From Candidatus Heimdallarchaeota archaeon (GTDB lineage Archaea; Asgardarchaeota; Heimdallarchaeia; JABLTI01), in contig JABCTZ010000023.1 in assembly GCA_018238155.1 (NCBI GenBank), positions 1-43,979 on the forward strand: a DNA stretch of 43,979 nt, written 5' to 3'. Shown piece by piece: positions 29,123 through 39,207 of the stretch. The notes under the pieces are model-generated. The model was not told where the DNA came from, did no database searches, and saw only the letters and a list, made by a program, of their open reading frames with translations. The position numbers and the translations under genes were made by a program. The first letter of the stretch is position 1; each line of letters begins with the position of its first letter.

Positions 29123-29159
29123 TAAAAAGTAATCAGCTCACAATAATAAACTGAGTTAT

Positions 29160-29192
29160 GGCGAGGAGATACTTCGCCTGTCTTCCCTTTTT
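29160..29192 (+). terminator. Hairpin plus pyrimidine tract after the DxDxDG gene
   Basis: GGCGAGG-agata-CTTCGCC stem followed by TCTTCCCTTTTT. Confidence 0.5.
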
Positions 29193-29266
29193 CTATTTAA
29201 GGTTACTTCTAACAAAGTAGACTACTTTAACAGCATGCATTCTTCTTTCTAAAATAAGATTCATAT

Positions 29267-29368
29267 TTGAATCCATTAGACAAAGATTACGAGAATAATG
29301 GATTTGTAAATGGTCTAGATGTGAATACTTATGCTGCAAACTTAAATGACTCTGACTCTAGTGATTGA
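29267..29368 (+). pseudogene. Decayed DxDxDG-repeat fragment
   Basis: Translates LNPLDKDYENNGFVNGLDVNTYAANLNDSDSSD, which aligns with YNPLDNDMDNDGLTDGHEVNVSHTDPNDADSD of the upstream protein. Confidence 0.5.
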
Positions 29369-29664
29369 CTATAGTGTTTTTACACAAGTGATATTCAGTA
29401 TAGATTTAATTGTTTCATAAGATTATCAAGGATGTAATTGCTGAGGAAAAAACATACGAGTGTAGTAACAAATGTCCAACAACATTCTGTCTTTAAATAG
29501 TGAATTATTTAAAAGTCGAATAATAGCTTTTTCCTTATTTTAGAAAACAATCGAGTTGTTTGAATTTGATTTAAACATATAACAAAAATAAAATAATAAT
29601 AGATAATTTTTTTAATGATTTGAAGTTAAGAAATATGAATTACGACTTTAATATTGGGGATTTG

Positions 29665-30585
29665 ATGAGATATTTATCTAAAATTTAATTTATATTTATA
29701 GTAATCCAATTTAGTACCTGTAGTTATCATAACATTCAAGCAGATTTAGCTGTTGGTGATTTCTTTATTTATGAGATTGTAAGCGCAAAGCATTACTTTC
29801 AAATCGGTGATTTTACACATACTAATGATGGGTTCTCTTTTGGAAATCGAAATCTCGCCGTAAACACTCTTGTAAATGTAACAGTTGAATCTATTGAAGA
29901 TGCCATTGTTAAATTTAACTTCAGAGCCTATGGTGTTACACGGATTTCTTTTATAAGTATTGCTTGGTTAGATTTCTTTGGACCGATTTATAGTAATAAT
30001 GTTCTTTTTCATATTTATGAAATATTTTCTGATTCTTATTATGGTAATGCGCTAAATCTCTATTTATATCATATGAATCCTTCTCTTAATCCTGCTGTTA
30101 ATAGCTATCTTCTTTCACCTGAATCACTAGGTGAGGATATAGAATCTAACTTCAAAAATAATTCTCTTTATCCAGATGTTGATTGTTCGTATTTCACTTC
30201 CACAGAAAATGGAATAGTTTTTTTTGAGAGTTGGTTAGGTGGTAAAATTGATACTCAATTTGGTGAGCTAATTAATGATGGATCAAATTATCCTACTTCA
30301 ATTGAATTTGGCACTAGCTTTCACTACAAAATTGATGCTAGTACAGGAGTTACGTTAGGGCTAGGTCAAAGAGGTTGGGCTAAGGGAACTATCAATAATA
30401 CTAGTGTTAGAGCTTCAATGGAGATTGAATATATTCTGCAAGGAAATGAATTACCTGAATACGAATTCGGATAATACAGAGATTTCTCTTCAAAAAATAG
30501 TTTCTTATATATCTTAATTCCAGTTGTAAGTATACCTGTTGTTTTTATTCTAGCTAGCTATTTAATTGATCGGAAAAAGAAGTAA
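29665..30585 (+). pseudogene. Secreted, C-terminally anchored surface protein (choice-of-anchor-like) with two in-frame TAA stops
   Basis: One frame from ATG 29665: signal-like N-terminus, stops at 29686-29688 and 30472-30474, then TM anchor FLYILIPVVSIPVVFILASYLI and basic tail DRKKK. Confidence 0.7.
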
Positions 30586-30696
30586 ATTACAAACAATTGA
30601 GCTAACAACTATTTTCTAGTATGTTTGAAGAAAATGTTGTTTCTTAGATAGTAATTCTTTCTACAATAAAGCTCTGCCTTTTTTCTTTCTTTTCAT

Positions 30697-30773
30697 TCCT
30701 CAATGTGAATTGAGTCTATAATTACTTGATTGAAAAAAGGATCTACTTATTTTTAGTTAACTTGAAGAAGTAA
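30697..30773 (+). repeat. Palindromic element copy R7 (3' block)
   Basis: GAAAAAAGGATCTACTTATTTTTAGTTAACTTGAAGAAGTAA preceded by variant hairpin CTCAAT-gtga-ATTGAG. Confidence 0.85.
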
Positions 30774-30969
30774 CAACAATATCAATTTTCTTTGCTATAT
30801 TTTTTCCTCAGTTTGAGATAGGTAATAATCTAAACTGCAAATGAAGCAATTTAAATTGTTCATTATAATTAATTTAAAGTATAAACCTCTTTCGATATTA
30901 TTAGATAGTAAGTTTATTAAGTATCTTATTTCTAATTAAAAGTGTTAGTAAATATAGAAGAGGATTAGG

Positions 30970-31587
30970 ATGTCACAAAAAGTTTATGATAAAATAATAA
31001 AAGAATTTGAGATTTTTTCTGGTGGAAGTGATGGAATTGATAATTGGATAAATTCAGAAACTCACTCAAAAATACTAGAACGGTTAAGTAATATTTCTAA
31101 AAATCCTTTATCACTGAATCAATTCAATGAATTATTAGGTCTTTCTGGTGATAAAGTAATTTCACAAGGATTTTTCGAATACTATTGGCAAAAAGCAACA
31201 GAACATCCATATGATGTAAAGAAGATTGAAAAATTTAAACCTGAATATTTGAATAAAGAGAAAATAATTTCTTTAGATCACTTGTGGTGGGGTTTTTACA
31301 GAATATTCGTAGATGGATTATTATTTTCTGGAAATATCGCAAAATTTTATAAAAATTTTTGTATTAAGGATTTTGAATATCTTAAATCATATTTTGATGC
31401 AAAATGTTATAAAACTGATGAAATCAAAAATCGAGGACCAGCATTAGGTTTAATTGATATTGTGAAAGATAATAGATATCTGATTTCAGAAATGGCTTGT
31501 AAAACATATGATGCTCTTCCTGATTCCCAGAATGAATTTAAACAAGATATTCTTTCAGCTCTGCAACAAATTCCTTTGCTATCTTGA
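30970..31587 (+). CDS. Hypothetical protein, probably 3'-truncated
   Basis: 205-aa ORF with GAGGA RBS; last 50 nt overlap the convergent HEPN gene. Confidence 0.55.
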   Translation: MSQKVYDKIIKEFEIFSGGSDGIDNWINSETHSKILERLSNISKNPLSLNQFNELLGLSGDKVISQGFFEYYWQKATEHPYDVKKIEKFKPEYLNKEKIISLDHLWWGFYRIFVDGLLFSGNIAKFYKNFCIKDFEYLKSYFDAKCYKTDEIKNRGPALGLIDIVKDNRYLISEMACKTYDALPDSQNEFKQDILSALQQIPLLS

Positions 31588-31909
31588 GTTGTTTTTTGGC
31601 TTTAGATTCAGTTATAGCAAATCCTATAGAATAATCACTATACAATCGTTTATCATAAGCTTCATTGATTGCTTTTCCCAACTCTTTATCAAAAACACCT
31701 GTTTTTATAAAATATTGACCAAAGGAACTAATAACTCCTTTATGGGAGCTGGTTTTGATTTCTTCAGTTTGAAGAACAGCCTCTGCTAGATAGTACATTG
31801 CATAATAACATCTCGAAACACAAGTATCAAAATCACCATGTTCTAGAACCAATTCAGCTGTCTGTAAGAATTTCTCAGCTTTCTTAATCGAATTGGTTAT
31901 CTCTTTCAT
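31538..31909 (-). CDS. HEPN-domain toxin (MNT-HEPN TA)
   Basis: KAEKFL..SRCYYAMYY..SHKGVIS.FG..RLYSDY. Confidence 0.9.
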   Translation of the reverse strand: MKEITNSIKKAEKFLQTAELVLEHGDFDTCVSRCYYAMYYLAEAVLQTEEIKTSSHKGVISSFGQYFIKTGVFDKELGKAINEAYDKRLYSDYSIGFAITESKAKKQLKIAKEFVAELKEYLV

Positions 31910-32226
31910 ACAACTATCCCTTCCTCTTTCACATTCAAAATAAAAGATGAGTTATAATTTGCAAAAAATTCTTCTGGTAATACAACAACTGAGATGAGTT
32001 CTCCTTTATCCATGAATAAATCCCAAAGGATATCTCCAAGCTGTTTTCTAACTTCAAAAGGATCTAATGATTCATCAACAATTATAAGTAAATCAATATC
32101 AGACTCAGGAGTTGCTGTTTTTCTTGCATGTGAGCCATAGAGTATTACTTGTTTTATTTTTTCCCCATAAATTTGCATTGTGTATGCTTTTATTTCATGA
32201 ACAAGTTTTTTCACTTTCGCTTTCAT
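31906..32226 (-). CDS. Minimal nucleotidyltransferase (MNT) antitoxin
   Basis: ILYGSHAR..ESDIDLLII; ATGA overlap with HEPN. Confidence 0.9.
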   Translation of the reverse strand: MKAKVKKLVHEIKAYTMQIYGEKIKQVILYGSHARKTATPESDIDLLIIVDESLDPFEVRKQLGDILWDLFMDKGELISVVVLPEEFFANYNSSFILNVKEEGIVV

Positions 32227-32344
32227 TGTTTCTCATCTGTATTCATATATTTTCTCTTACTAATATAAAACCATTGATAGCAAATCTACTTTAGATGTTT
32301 TTTCAGTTTATTCGTCCCAACTAAACATATCTTTACTGAACCTA

Positions 32345-32505
32345 TCTTCTAGTCCTTCAAGAAGAAGCGAGGACCGTAGATTCTACGAAATAATTATCAG
32401 TTATTTTTTATTTTCTTTTATTCACCCCTACAGTCTCAGGTGAGAGTAGGATTATTTGATCGAAAAAAGGATCTACACTATCTATTTATTAACTTGAAGA
32501 AGTAA
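32345..32505 (+). repeat. Palindromic element copy R8 (near full length)
   Basis: CTTCTAG..CTTCAAGAAGAAGCGAGG..GTAGATTCTAC..CCTACAGTCTCAGGTGAGAGTAGG..GGATCTAC..TTAACTTGAAGAAGTAA. Confidence 0.95.
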
Positions 32506-32587
32506 TCATCCTATATCGAATTTTTTCACAACCTTTTTTTACACTATTGCTACATCCTAATTGAAATAAGGAATAGGAGAAAAGGAT

Positions 32588-33502
32588 TTGTTAGAGAAAA
32601 TACAAGAAGATAATCTTTCAGTATTTTTGATTATAGATAATGAAAACCATTGTTATGTTTTAAACAATCAATTAATAGTTAATAGAGAGGGAGGATGGGC
32701 TGGTCATTTTCCTTTTCGAGCTTTTGATTTACTAACCCATCTCTATAATAATCCAAATGCGCGAAATGCTATTCCCAAGCGTTTTCACCATTATTTTGAA
32801 TCTGGGTATAAAAGACCTGATTTTGAAATACTTCGTTACTTAATTGGTGAAGTAGATGAATATCCTTCGCATATTGTTGAATTAGAGCTTGCTTACTCAT
32901 CTAAAAATCCAACTGAAGTTCAATTTACCGATATTTACTACCATAATTATAATCCTAAAATTTATTTTGAACCGTTTGCTGTCACTACACAAGAAGCATT
33001 TCTTCTTTATTCCTCTATCTTATCCAATGATCGCTGTTATTTTTATAAAGAAGATATTATAGCAAATTACAATTCTTTTGCAGATTTTCCAATTTCAAAA
33101 GAGTCTCCTTTCCTTCATACTACCCATTTGGAATTGTTTGGTGAACAATATATGCAAATTGCTCGATTTGGGATTGACTATTTATTCTATTTACAAGAAT
33201 GTTTGCTAGATTAATCATTAACTCCTTATGAAATTGCTTTCTATGGTGGTATCAGAACATTATGCTTTCTTAGTCATTTGCCAGTTGTTCGAGAATTTAC
33301 TAAATCTATTCTTCAAAAAGTTGAAAACAATTATACTTTCCATCGCAATGAATTATTGGTTTCCTTTTGCTTTCTAAATGCTCTCAAATTTTATTCTCCG
33401 TTAGGAAAGAAATTAAAACTAAGCACTAATTCCTCTCTCAAACTTCTTGAAACGAAAACCTATAATCTCCGTCTCAAGTCTCCTTTCAAAAATCTAGGAT
33501 AA
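32588..33502 (+). pseudogene. Divergent paralogue family member 3 interrupted by an in-frame TAA (33212-33214)
   Basis: ORFs 32588-33214 and 33278-33502 are in the same frame. Read-through gives LLD*SLTPYEIAFYGGIRTL, matching PLEILRYNGYKTL; VTTQEAFLLY matches MTPKQAFLLF. Confidence 0.7.
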
Positions 33503-33504
33503 CA

Positions 33505-33577
33505 CCTACAACCTCAAGTGAGACTAGGGTTATTTGAGCGAAAAAAAGGATCTACTTATTTTTTAGTTAACTTGAAG
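33505..33577 (+). repeat. Palindromic element copy R9 (3' half)
   Basis: CCTACAACCTCAAGTGAGACTAGGGTT..GGATCTAC..TTAACTTGAAG. Confidence 0.92.
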
Positions 33578-33654
33578 TACCCACTAATGATCGAATTTTT
33601 GTTGTTCGAGTAATCATATTCGATTTTACTAACAGTGTTCTTTGCGATGGATGT

Positions 33655-34614
33655 TTAAAAAATTTTCAATTGTTTAGTACTTAGGTTTCTAAGAATATTG
33701 TCAATTTCTATTTCATCTTCAACTGAAAGTATTTTTATACTTTTTAATTCATTAGTTATTTTTCCCCATCGTCTTAAAATTTGGTAATATTTTCGACTAC
33801 GAAATTTACAATAAAAAGTATAATACAGAATTAATTCGAATTCTGTAAGCGTTTTATATTCCTGTAGTTTCCGAAAGATGTCCCATATCAAATCTTGCAC
33901 AACTGGATTATCCATTATATTGCATAGCGTTTTGTAACCATTATATCGTAAAATTTCCAGTGGTTTAATTTCTTTTTTATTCAAATTTCTCTTTAACCAT
34001 TCAATGTATTCTCTTGTGAAATCTAGAATAGTTTTTAATTGGTCATCTAGTTTATTAGTCACCTTATTGGATTCTTCTAAATCTGATTCCTCAAAGATTC
34101 CATGTGATTCAAAATATGCTACACAATTATTTGCGAATAAAATGAATGCTTGTTTTGGAGTCATATTTAGACAATGATCTATTAATAGTAATTTTTCATT
34201 CTTAATTGGATTCATTCTTTCTACCAACGATATTGAACAATTTGTTATTTGAATGGATTTTTCTTTGTTTTTGTTAATATCTATTGAATAGTCTAGATAA
34301 TAGGAGTCATATGCACGAAAAACTTCAACTAAATGGTAAGAACTGAATGTTCTATCTTGTGTTTCTTTATTTGTCGTTTTGTTAACATTAGATATTTCTT
34401 TTTTTCCTTTGAAATATTTTTGAATCTCCGAAGGCAATATTTCATCAAAGTTTTTGTATAGTAATAGAAGAGAGTTATAAGCACAATAAAGGTCATGAGC
34501 AACTCTCCAACTAGGGGAATAAAAAATCACTTTATCTCCAATTATAGTAAAAATATGTTCTTCGTTATCTCTTCCACATGATATAAGTAATGGAATACTA
34601 TAATCGGTTTTCAT
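33655..34614 (-). CDS. Uncharacterised paralogue family member 4
   Basis: YSIPLLIS, AYNSLLLLY, MTPKQAFILFANNC, PLEILRYNGY, LYYTFY. Confidence 0.8.
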   Translation of the reverse strand: MKTDYSIPLLISCGRDNEEHIFTIIGDKVIFYSPSWRVAHDLYCAYNSLLLLYKNFDEILPSEIQKYFKGKKEISNVNKTTNKETQDRTFSSYHLVEVFRAYDSYYLDYSIDINKNKEKSIQITNCSISLVERMNPIKNEKLLLIDHCLNMTPKQAFILFANNCVAYFESHGIFEESDLEESNKVTNKLDDQLKTILDFTREYIEWLKRNLNKKEIKPLEILRYNGYKTLCNIMDNPVVQDLIWDIFRKLQEYKTLTEFELILYYTFYCKFRSRKYYQILRRWGKITNELKSIKILSVEDEIEIDNILRNLSTKQLKIF

Positions 34615-34700
34615 ATACTCTCAATCCTACTTCCTTTCAATCTACAAACATTTTGTTCCTCTTCCTTATATTTCCTTTGGGAATTTTTTTCCATCTATGC

Positions 34701-34745
34701 ATGTCCTTCCCGAAATGGTCTTCTAGACCTTACAGAGGAAGAGAA
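34701..34745 (+). repeat. Palindromic element copy R10 (5' block)
   Basis: TGTCCTTCCCGAAATGGTCTTCTAGACCTT. Confidence 0.9.
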
Positions 34746-34803
34746 GACTGAATATTATCTGTTTTATTCAAATTAGCAAGTAATTTTTATTTGTTTATTT
34801 ATG

Positions 34804-37278
34804 CTAAAGACTTGTTTTTCTTACTTTATTGTAATCTTTTGGAATTAAATGATGTTTATTGTGAAAACCAAACATGTTTATGGCTATTCTCTTGATATAG
34901 AAATTTTCATCATATAAAGCGTCTTTTATGAAATCAGTTGAGACTAAAGTTTTACTTGGTGATTCACTGCATAATCGATAAAATGTCTCATATCTTCCGA
35001 AACTTGTCTTATCTTTAAATTTCTGAATTAGGTTATCTTTTACTGATTCCATATCGTGTGGACCATAGAGTACAACAGATAGAGCAGCTGATCTAACTTC
35101 TCTTACAGGGTCATTTAATGCTTCTACCAATATACTAGCCAATCTTTCATCTCTTTTATAATACACTGAATAAATAGCTGCGTGTCTTACTTTGAAATCA
35201 TGATCCTTCATCACAATCTCTATGATACTTGGAATACATTTTCTAAAATCGTTTCGAGAGAGTACACCTAGTATATTTGTTCTTCCAATATGATCCTTTA
35301 CTGCTAATTCTTTTATCAATCTATCTTCAGGAGTATTCTCCTTTAGAAAAGCTCTCAAGGCAAATGCTGCAAGTTGTCTAACTTTTCTTGAAGGGTCTTG
35401 CAAAGCAGCAATTATTGGTTCAACTACTTGTGTATTTTCTATTTTTCCTAAGGCAAAAACAGCTGCCTTTCTGATTTTTGTGAAGGATTCACCTAATGAA
35501 GAAATAAGTGGTTTGATTATTCGCTCATCTTCTGTATGTTTTGCTAAAGCAACTGCAGCTCTCCATCGGATTATTCTATTGCTGTCGTTTTGTAATAAAT
35601 CAATTAATTTTAGAACATCCCTTTTGTCTTCTTTTGAAATGTCTCTTCTCTTTTTCTTCTTCTTTTCTGGAAATAATTCCTCTATTTTTGTAGGTACATC
35701 CTGTCGATTTATCTTAATTGTTGGGAAATTTGTATGTAACAAGTACATTGCTGACTTACTTATTTTCTCGTCTTCATCATTAGTTAGCTCTTTTAATAAT
35801 TCAATTACCTTTGAACTTTTATCAGAAACTACTCGCCAAATAGCTTCCTGTCTTGTTAATTGATCTGTGCTGTTCTTAGCTATGTTGATTAACGCTTCCG
35901 AAATATACTCAGGTCTCTCTTTCCTTAAGAGAAATATTAATTCTAAATGTCCACAATGTTTCTCGTTGCATAATCCTTCTCTTATTAATTCCTTGTATTT
36001 GCTTAATTGTTCTGAATAATTCATTATTGTAAAGGCATTTCTTCTTACATCGATTGAAGGATTATTTAAATCATCAAAAAATGGTTGTAAATCTAAATTA
36101 AAACCCATTTTTTCTAGTGTATGAAAAGCAGTTAATTTTGCTCTCCCTGAATAATTCTTTACTACTTTTTGAAATGGTTCTATGATTCTTTCATCTCGAA
36201 TTCGACTTAATATAATTGCAATTTCTGCACGTTCATTATCATCTATATCTGATAATAACAAATCGATTAATTTAGGAATATTATCTGCTAACTCAATTGG
36301 ATAGTATGATGAACCTATAAGTGCTCTAATGAATCCTAATGCTGTTTTTCGAACTATTTTATAATCATCAAATATCGCATCAATAATATTTTGAAGTGTT
36401 TTATCGTCAAGATTATGATCATAATTTAAAGATTGGATTGCAATTGCTCGTATGCTCTGAGAAGGATCATTAATAGCATTTGCTAATGTTTTGTATGCTC
36501 GTGCATCTTTTAATTTACCAAGAACTTTAATTGCATTTTTTCGAATCAGAAAAGGTTCTAATTCATCTTCAAATATCTCAATTAGCTTTGGGACACAAAG
36601 ATTGGATGTTTGCCACCCTAATATGTGAATTATTTCTGCTCTTCCAAAATGTTCTTTGTTATCAAGCATCTCGACTAATTCACTAATTTTCGTTTTTGTG
36701 TATGGCAATCTTGCTAGAACTGATGCGCTTTTTCTTCTTATTTTGTGAGAAGGATCATTAAGGGAATGCAATAACGGTTTAAGAGCTTTTTTATCATTCA
36801 TTTGCCCTAATGCCCAGATTATTTTCTTTCGAATATTGATTTTACTTTCTTTCTTAAAAAGCTCGATTAGTTTTGGAATACATTTAGTATGTTTCTTGAT
36901 TCCTAACACTAAAAGGATTCCTAATTTCAAATATTCATTGTCATCATCTAATGCCCTGATTAAAATTGTAATATCAAAATCATCATCAATAAAATGACTC
37001 AACGCCCAAGCAATTCGAGCTTTAACTTTATTAGAAGTTTCAACATTAAATAGATCTAGAAGTGGTTTAATTGCTCTATAGTCATTTATTTCCTTTAATG
37101 AACGAATTATTTCCTTTTTCAAAGACAAATCAGTTGTTTTTAATTCTTTAATGAGATGTTCTACAGCAGTTGGATCTCTTAATTTCCCTAATTCTCTTGC
37201 TGCAGTTCTTCTCATGTACTTGTCTTCAGCTGATATTTCATGTAAATATTTATCAAGTAATTTATTTGTTTCTTGCAT
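34804..37278 (-). CDS. HEAT/PBS-lyase repeat protein
   Basis: Repeated RRTAARELGKLRD..AV..L units; collinear with 21418-23466 plus extra internal repeats. Confidence 0.9.
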   Translation of the reverse strand: MQETNKLLDKYLHEISAEDKYMRRTAARELGKLRDPTAVEHLIKELKTTDLSLKKEIIRSLKEINDYRAIKPLLDLFNVETSNKVKARIAWALSHFIDDDFDITILIRALDDDNEYLKLGILLVLGIKKHTKCIPKLIELFKKESKINIRKKIIWALGQMNDKKALKPLLHSLNDPSHKIRRKSASVLARLPYTKTKISELVEMLDNKEHFGRAEIIHILGWQTSNLCVPKLIEIFEDELEPFLIRKNAIKVLGKLKDARAYKTLANAINDPSQSIRAIAIQSLNYDHNLDDKTLQNIIDAIFDDYKIVRKTALGFIRALIGSSYYPIELADNIPKLIDLLLSDIDDNERAEIAIILSRIRDERIIEPFQKVVKNYSGRAKLTAFHTLEKMGFNLDLQPFFDDLNNPSIDVRRNAFTIMNYSEQLSKYKELIREGLCNEKHCGHLELIFLLRKERPEYISEALINIAKNSTDQLTRQEAIWRVVSDKSSKVIELLKELTNDEDEKISKSAMYLLHTNFPTIKINRQDVPTKIEELFPEKKKKKRRDISKEDKRDVLKLIDLLQNDSNRIIRWRAAVALAKHTEDERIIKPLISSLGESFTKIRKAAVFALGKIENTQVVEPIIAALQDPSRKVRQLAAFALRAFLKENTPEDRLIKELAVKDHIGRTNILGVLSRNDFRKCIPSIIEIVMKDHDFKVRHAAIYSVYYKRDERLASILVEALNDPVREVRSAALSVVLYGPHDMESVKDNLIQKFKDKTSFGRYETFYRLCSESPSKTLVSTDFIKDALYDENFYIKRIAINMFGFHNKHHLIPKDYNKVRKTSL

Positions 37279-37364
37279 TTTTTCTCCCCATTAACAATTA
37301 GATTTTTTTATATTAATATAAAAAGATAGCTGATTCTATCTAGAAAATGATATTCTTACTTCTT

Positions 37365-37425
37365 TGTATTCAATTCCAAGCTGGATTTCTAAACTTTACA
37401 GACACAGCGAGGTCAGAGATTCATA
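37365..37425 (+). repeat. Palindromic element copy R11 (degenerate 5' block)
   Basis: TGGATTTCTAAACTTTACAGACACAGCGAGGTCAGAGATTCATA resembles 42133-42175. Confidence 0.55.
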
Positions 37426-37441
37426 TTTGTTTACCAATTAA

Positions 37442-37750
37442 TTAGCAATTCTCTTAAATCCCAAAATCCTCATTTTAGATGAAGCTACATCGAGTGTAGA
37501 TGCATACACAGAAGCGATGATTCAAGAGGCTTTAGAGAAAATACTTGAAGAACGAACATCTATCATTGTTGCACATCGATTAAGTACTATTGTAAATGCT
37601 GATCGTATCATTGTAATGGATAATGGTGCTATTGTTGAGGAAGGAACGCATGAAGAACTTTTACATCTAAAAGGAAAATATGCTTCACTTTACAATCAAT
37701 ATTTCGTTCACCAAAGTCTAGAATGGCAGGAACAATCTTTCTCGAAGTAA
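37442..37750 (+). pseudogene. 5'-truncated fragment of an ABC exporter ATPase domain
   Basis: [20 protein letters not shown] (Walker B/D-loop) and VAHRLSTI (H-loop); in-frame TAA immediately upstream; no Walker A. Confidence 0.85.
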
Positions 37751-37866
37751 CTATGAATTTAGATAATCTAAAGCATTACTTGAAGAAGCTATAATTTTAG
37801 CATCTTTGAAATGAAAAAATAATTAGACTACTCATCAATATATACAAGTCAACATCTAAATCTGAA

Positions 37867-38225
37867 CTAAGGCAGCTCAACAATTCGCATATGAGTTTCG
37901 TGAACAACAGTAAATTTTCCTATTGGATTGAATTCCTTATCTCCAAGTATTTCTTTGATAATTGCTTTTATCTTTGCTGGGGATGTGGTGAAAATCTAAG
38001 CAAAACTATTCCTTTCGACTTGAGCCTCTCTTTGAACACTAACTGACCAAAATCTTTGTTAAAAGTGAGTATCACTAATTCCTTTTCAAAAGCATATTTC
38101 ATTACTTTCTTATCAAGCATTCCACTCTTACTAAGAGGGATACTTTCTATTGCATATCCTTCTACTCTTAGCTTCTGTATTATTAGGAGAGGAATATTTT
38201 CGTCAGCTAGATATCTGATCTTCAA
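37867..38225 (-). pseudogene. DUF5615 PIN toxin with frameshift near 37980
   Basis: YLADENIP..LTFNKDFG..GIVLLRF, then the expected C-terminus (PAKIKAII..GKFTVVHETHMRIVELP*) continues in another frame. Confidence 0.8.
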
Positions 38226-38460
38226 TCTTCACTGGTCGTAATTGTTCTTCTTTGATGATAATTCTTGCATAATCAATTGCTGCGAGAATGTCTGCTTTCT
38301 TTAGTTGCGGGTAATTCTCTAAAATAGCTTCATAGGTCCAATCATTTGCTAAAAGTTCTAATATGAATTCCACTGCAATCCTTGTTCCTTTTATAATTGC
38401 TTTTCCTGTTAGAATCTCGGAATTGACCTCTATTCTTTCATTTACTAAAGGAGTTGTCAT
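38203..38460 (-). CDS. DUF433 antitoxin
   Basis: ILTGKAIIKGTRIAVEFILELL..ILENYPQL..DILAAIDYA. Confidence 0.9.
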   Translation of the reverse strand: MTTPLVNERIEVNSEILTGKAIIKGTRIAVEFILELLANDWTYEAILENYPQLKKADILAAIDYARIIIKEEQLRPVKIEDQISS

Positions 38461-38598
38461 TCATACATCACTAATTACATTATCACTATTTTCTTATATT
38501 AACTCTTTCACAATTCATTTTTCTTGAAATAAATTTTTAACTAAAGGAATAAGGTTTTGTTGTAACGCGATGTTCTGCCAATGTGTTCTGCTCACCTC

Positions 38599-38685
38599 TG
38601 TGTTTCCTTCATGAACAGATTATCTAACTCCTACAAGAAGAAGCGAGGGTTGTAGATTCTACATAGTTATCAGTTATTTTTTCTA
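38599..38685 (+). repeat. Palindromic element copy R12 (5' half)
   Basis: CAAGAAGAAGCGAGGGTTGTAGATTCTACA..TTATCAGTTATTTTTT. Confidence 0.88.
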
Positions 38686-38731
38686 TTTACATTAAAGAGA
38701 GTGTGTTTATTTTTCAAATGCTGATTTTTTT

Positions 38732-39169
38732 TCAAAATAACACTCCAAAACAATCTGGCAAATCTGTTAAACCTTGTTTGTTAATACCAATTCTATAATG
38801 AACTGTTTTTGAGGTTAAACCTGAAGAAAAGTTTACTGTGTATATCACTGAAATGCCACCAAATGTCGTGTAATCGTACATTTCTGATTTCCTATCTTTA
38901 AAATTTGCAGACATTTTTGCGAAGAGTCTATAGCTATAATCGGGAAAAGTTAGCGTTACATTTTCTTCGTTGAGATTTAATATATCATAATCAATAGTGA
39001 ATTCAAAATTAGTATAATTTTCATTGAGGTAAAGATAATCTACTTTGGACCAAATTATATTTGTAATTGCTGTGTTGGGTGGTTTTTCCACCTCAACCGC
39101 TCCTAGTGAAACAACACTAAGAGCTAGTATCATAAGTAAGCAAACAAAAATTCCACTAACCTTTTTCAT
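38732..39169 (-). CDS. Secreted protein with signal peptide, possibly C-terminally truncated
   Basis: MKK plus hydrophobic stretch; beta-rich body with several N-x-S/T sequons. Confidence 0.65.
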   Translation of the reverse strand: MKKVSGIFVCLLMILALSVVSLGAVEVEKPPNTAITNIIWSKVDYLYLNENYTNFEFTIDYDILNLNEENVTLTFPDYSYRLFAKMSANFKDRKSEMYDYTTFGGISVIYTVNFSSGLTSKTVHYRIGINKQGLTDLPDCFGVLF

Positions 39170-39207
39170 ACTTTACTATTATTATAAAAAAAAATTAATT
39201 TTTCTAC

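Noticed and set aside
29665-33502. TAA stop-codon reassignment (three in-frame TAA codons)
   Set aside because: Many intact genes here end in TAA at the expected position (e.g. methylase, herA), so pseudogenisation is the simpler explanation.
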